In this document: positions 59,594 to 61,086 of the stretch, in pieces | Numbering within the stretch: position 1 is the stretch's first letter | How the letters are laid out: the number at the start of each line of letters is the position of its first letter | Source: an uncultured Gammaproteobacteria bacterium | Lineage (GTDB): Bacteria > Pseudomonadota > Gammaproteobacteria > QNFN01 | Direction of reading: 5' to 3' | Length of the DNA: 61,086 nucleotides | NCBI GenBank assembly: GCA_964195335.1 | Contig: CAXMPC010000091.1 | Location: 1 to 61,086, forward strand | Position numbers and translations under genes: made by a program | Notes under the pieces: generated by a model | What the model saw: the letters and a program-made list of their open reading frames with translations, nothing else | Told to the model about the DNA's origin: nothing | The model's database searches: none

Positions 59594-60634
59594 ATGCGCC
59601 TATCGCCAGCTGCCCGCCTGCTGCTGCTCGGCGCCGCGCTGTTTGCACTTTCCATGGCCACCGCCCAGACCGCCGAACCGAAACGCGGCACCTTCAGCGG
59701 TGCCAGGGAGACGGTCTACCCAGACTGGTTCAAGGCCAGCTTCCTCGATTTCGAGGAGGACATCGCCGAGGCCGCTGCCGCAGGGCGCCGCTACCTGCTG
59801 TTCGTCCACCAGGACGGCTGCCCTTACTGCAACCGCATGGTCGAGGTGAACCTGGCCCAGAAGGACATCGAGGAGACCATGCGCAAGCACCTCGATGTCG
59901 TCGAGTTGAACATGTGGGGTGACCGCGATGTGGTCACCGTCGACGGCCAGTCGTTCACCGAAAAGAACTTCGCCCGCGCCCTGAAGGTCCAGTTCACGCC
60001 GACCATGGTCTTTTTCGATGAACGGGGCCAGGTGGCGCTGCGTCTCAACGGCTACATCCCGCCGGCCGAGTTTCGCGTCGCCCTCGACTACGTCACCCAG
60101 CACAAGGAGCGGGAGCTGAGCTACCGCGACTACGTCGCCCGGCGCGCCCCGGTCGCCGCGGCCTCGGAACTCAACCCGGAACCGTTCTTTGCCTCACCGC
60201 CAGTGGATCTGACCGGTGCCGGCGGCAAACCTCTGGCGGTCTTCTTCGAGCAGGCCGACTGCCCCAACTGCGACCTCCTGCACCGCGAGGTGCTAGCCGC
60301 CGCCATGACTCGTGCCGAACTCGCCCCCTTCCACGCCGTCCAGCTCGACATGTGGTCGGACACACCGGTCGTCACACCGGACGGACACGCGACCACGGCA
60401 CGCGACTGGGCCCGCGATCTCGGCGTCATCTACGCTCCGACGATCGTGCTGTTTGCCGCCGATGGCAGCGAAGTGATCCGCTCGGAGGCGTGGTTCAAGA
60501 CCTTCCACACGGCGTCGATCCTGGCCTACGTCAGCGATGGCGGTTACCGTGACGAGCCGAGCTTCCAGCGCTATATCACGCTACGCGCGGAGCACTTCCA
60601 GGAACAGGGGATCGATGTCGACCTCTGGCGCTAG
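59594..60634 (+). CDS. exported protein with two thioredoxin-like domains (CPYC and CPNC)
   Basis: Signal peptide MRLSPAARLLLLGAALFALSMATA. The motifs QDGCPYCNRM and QADCPNCDLL each sit in a Trx-fold-like repeat. Confidence 0.65.
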   Translation: MRLSPAARLLLLGAALFALSMATAQTAEPKRGTFSGARETVYPDWFKASFLDFEEDIAEAAAAGRRYLLFVHQDGCPYCNRMVEVNLAQKDIEETMRKHLDVVELNMWGDRDVVTVDGQSFTEKNFARALKVQFTPTMVFFDERGQVALRLNGYIPPAEFRVALDYVTQHKERELSYRDYVARRAPVAAASELNPEPFFASPPVDLTGAGGKPLAVFFEQADCPNCDLLHREVLAAAMTRAELAPFHAVQLDMWSDTPVVTPDGHATTARDWARDLGVIYAPTIVLFAADGSEVIRSEAWFKTFHTASILAYVSDGGYRDEPSFQRYITLRAEHFQEQGIDVDLWR

Positions 60635-60718
60635 GCTCACTTCCATGGGGTGACCGGAACCGGACCGGCACTATACTGGTGGGCACCGATCCATGGATGA
60701 ATCGAGAGGCAAGGACGC

Positions 60719-61086
60719 ATGGACTACGAACTGGTCAGTTTCAAGATCTGTCCGTTCGTGCAGCGCTCGCGGATTACGCTGCTGCACAAACGGATCCCGC
60801 ATACCGTCACCTACATCGACCTGAAGACACCACCGGCGTGGTTCGCGGAGGTTTCACCTCTGGGTAAGGTCCCGCTGTTGCGCGTCGATGACAGCACGGT
60901 GCTGTTCGAATCAGCGGTGATCAACGAGTTCATCGACGAGACGACGACACCCCCATTGCACCCGGCCAACCCGCTGACACGGGCGCATAACCGTGCCTGG
61001 ATCGCCTACGCCTCCGAGTTGCAGGGGAGCCTTTTCCATCTGGCCATGGCTGCCACCAGGGAAAAGTTCGATACGGCGCGGTCACG
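60719..61086 (+). CDS. glutathione S-transferase family protein; N-terminal part, runs off the window
   Basis: Own translation from ATG 60719: MDYELVSFKICPFVQRSRITLLHKRIPH...GKVPLLRVDDSTVLFESAVINEFIDE, a GST N-terminal thioredoxin-like domain. Confidence 0.75.
   Translation, partial: MDYELVSFKICPFVQRSRITLLHKRIPHTVTYIDLKTPPAWFAEVSPLGKVPLLRVDDSTVLFESAVINEFIDETTTPPLHPANPLTRAHNRAWIAYASELQGSLFHLAMAATREKFDTARS

Overview
GC-rich chromosomal segment. Housekeeping synteny looks gammaproteobacterial (rho-trxA-rhlB, dacC-ybeD-lipB-lipA, amgK-murU / lptD-surA-pdxA-rsmA). Positions 1 to about 22.9 kb form an anaerobic aromatic-acid catabolic island. It holds a Thauera-type benzoyl-CoA module (had-oah-dch-bcrC..., running off the left edge) divergent from korAB (2-oxoglutarate:ferredoxin oxidoreductase) plus a translationally coupled erythrin. 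It also holds a Liv-type ABC uptake operon divergent from a PadBCD-like, Tat-less molybdopterin oxidoreductase operon. That operon is followed by an atypical NDP-forming acyl-CoA-synthetase-like gene, a hotdog thioesterase and phenylacetate-CoA ligase. A near-identical 22-bp palindrome (TTGACGTTTACGTAAACGTCAA) sits in both divergent promoter regions of the island, and at had it is embedded in a TTGACG-N16-TATAAT promoter. No matching regulator gene is visible in the window. The rest is mostly core genes: ompA-like, ubiU/ubiV/ubiT for O2-independent ubiquinone synthesis, rho, trxA, rhlB, cysQ, rsmJ, apaH, glk, dacC, lipBA, lptD, surA, pdxA, rsmA and maeB. The best candidate for an undescribed system is a tightly packed 5-gene operon in which amgK-murU is extended by a GCS2 carboxylate-amine ligase, an AstE/aspartoacylase-type zinc deacylase and a GT-B glycosyltransferase. 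That enzyme logic resembles bacillithiol/mycothiol-type thiol biosynthesis or a new murein-recycling branch. Also present: two gene remnants (adenylate cyclase, glycogen phosphorylase), a 147-bp AT-rich MITE-like inverted-repeat element that supplies the lipA stop codon, and two REP-like repeat families. I recognised no rRNA, tRNA, CRISPR array, transposase or integrase. All product calls rest on motif and family recognition by eye and on gene context; no database search was possible.
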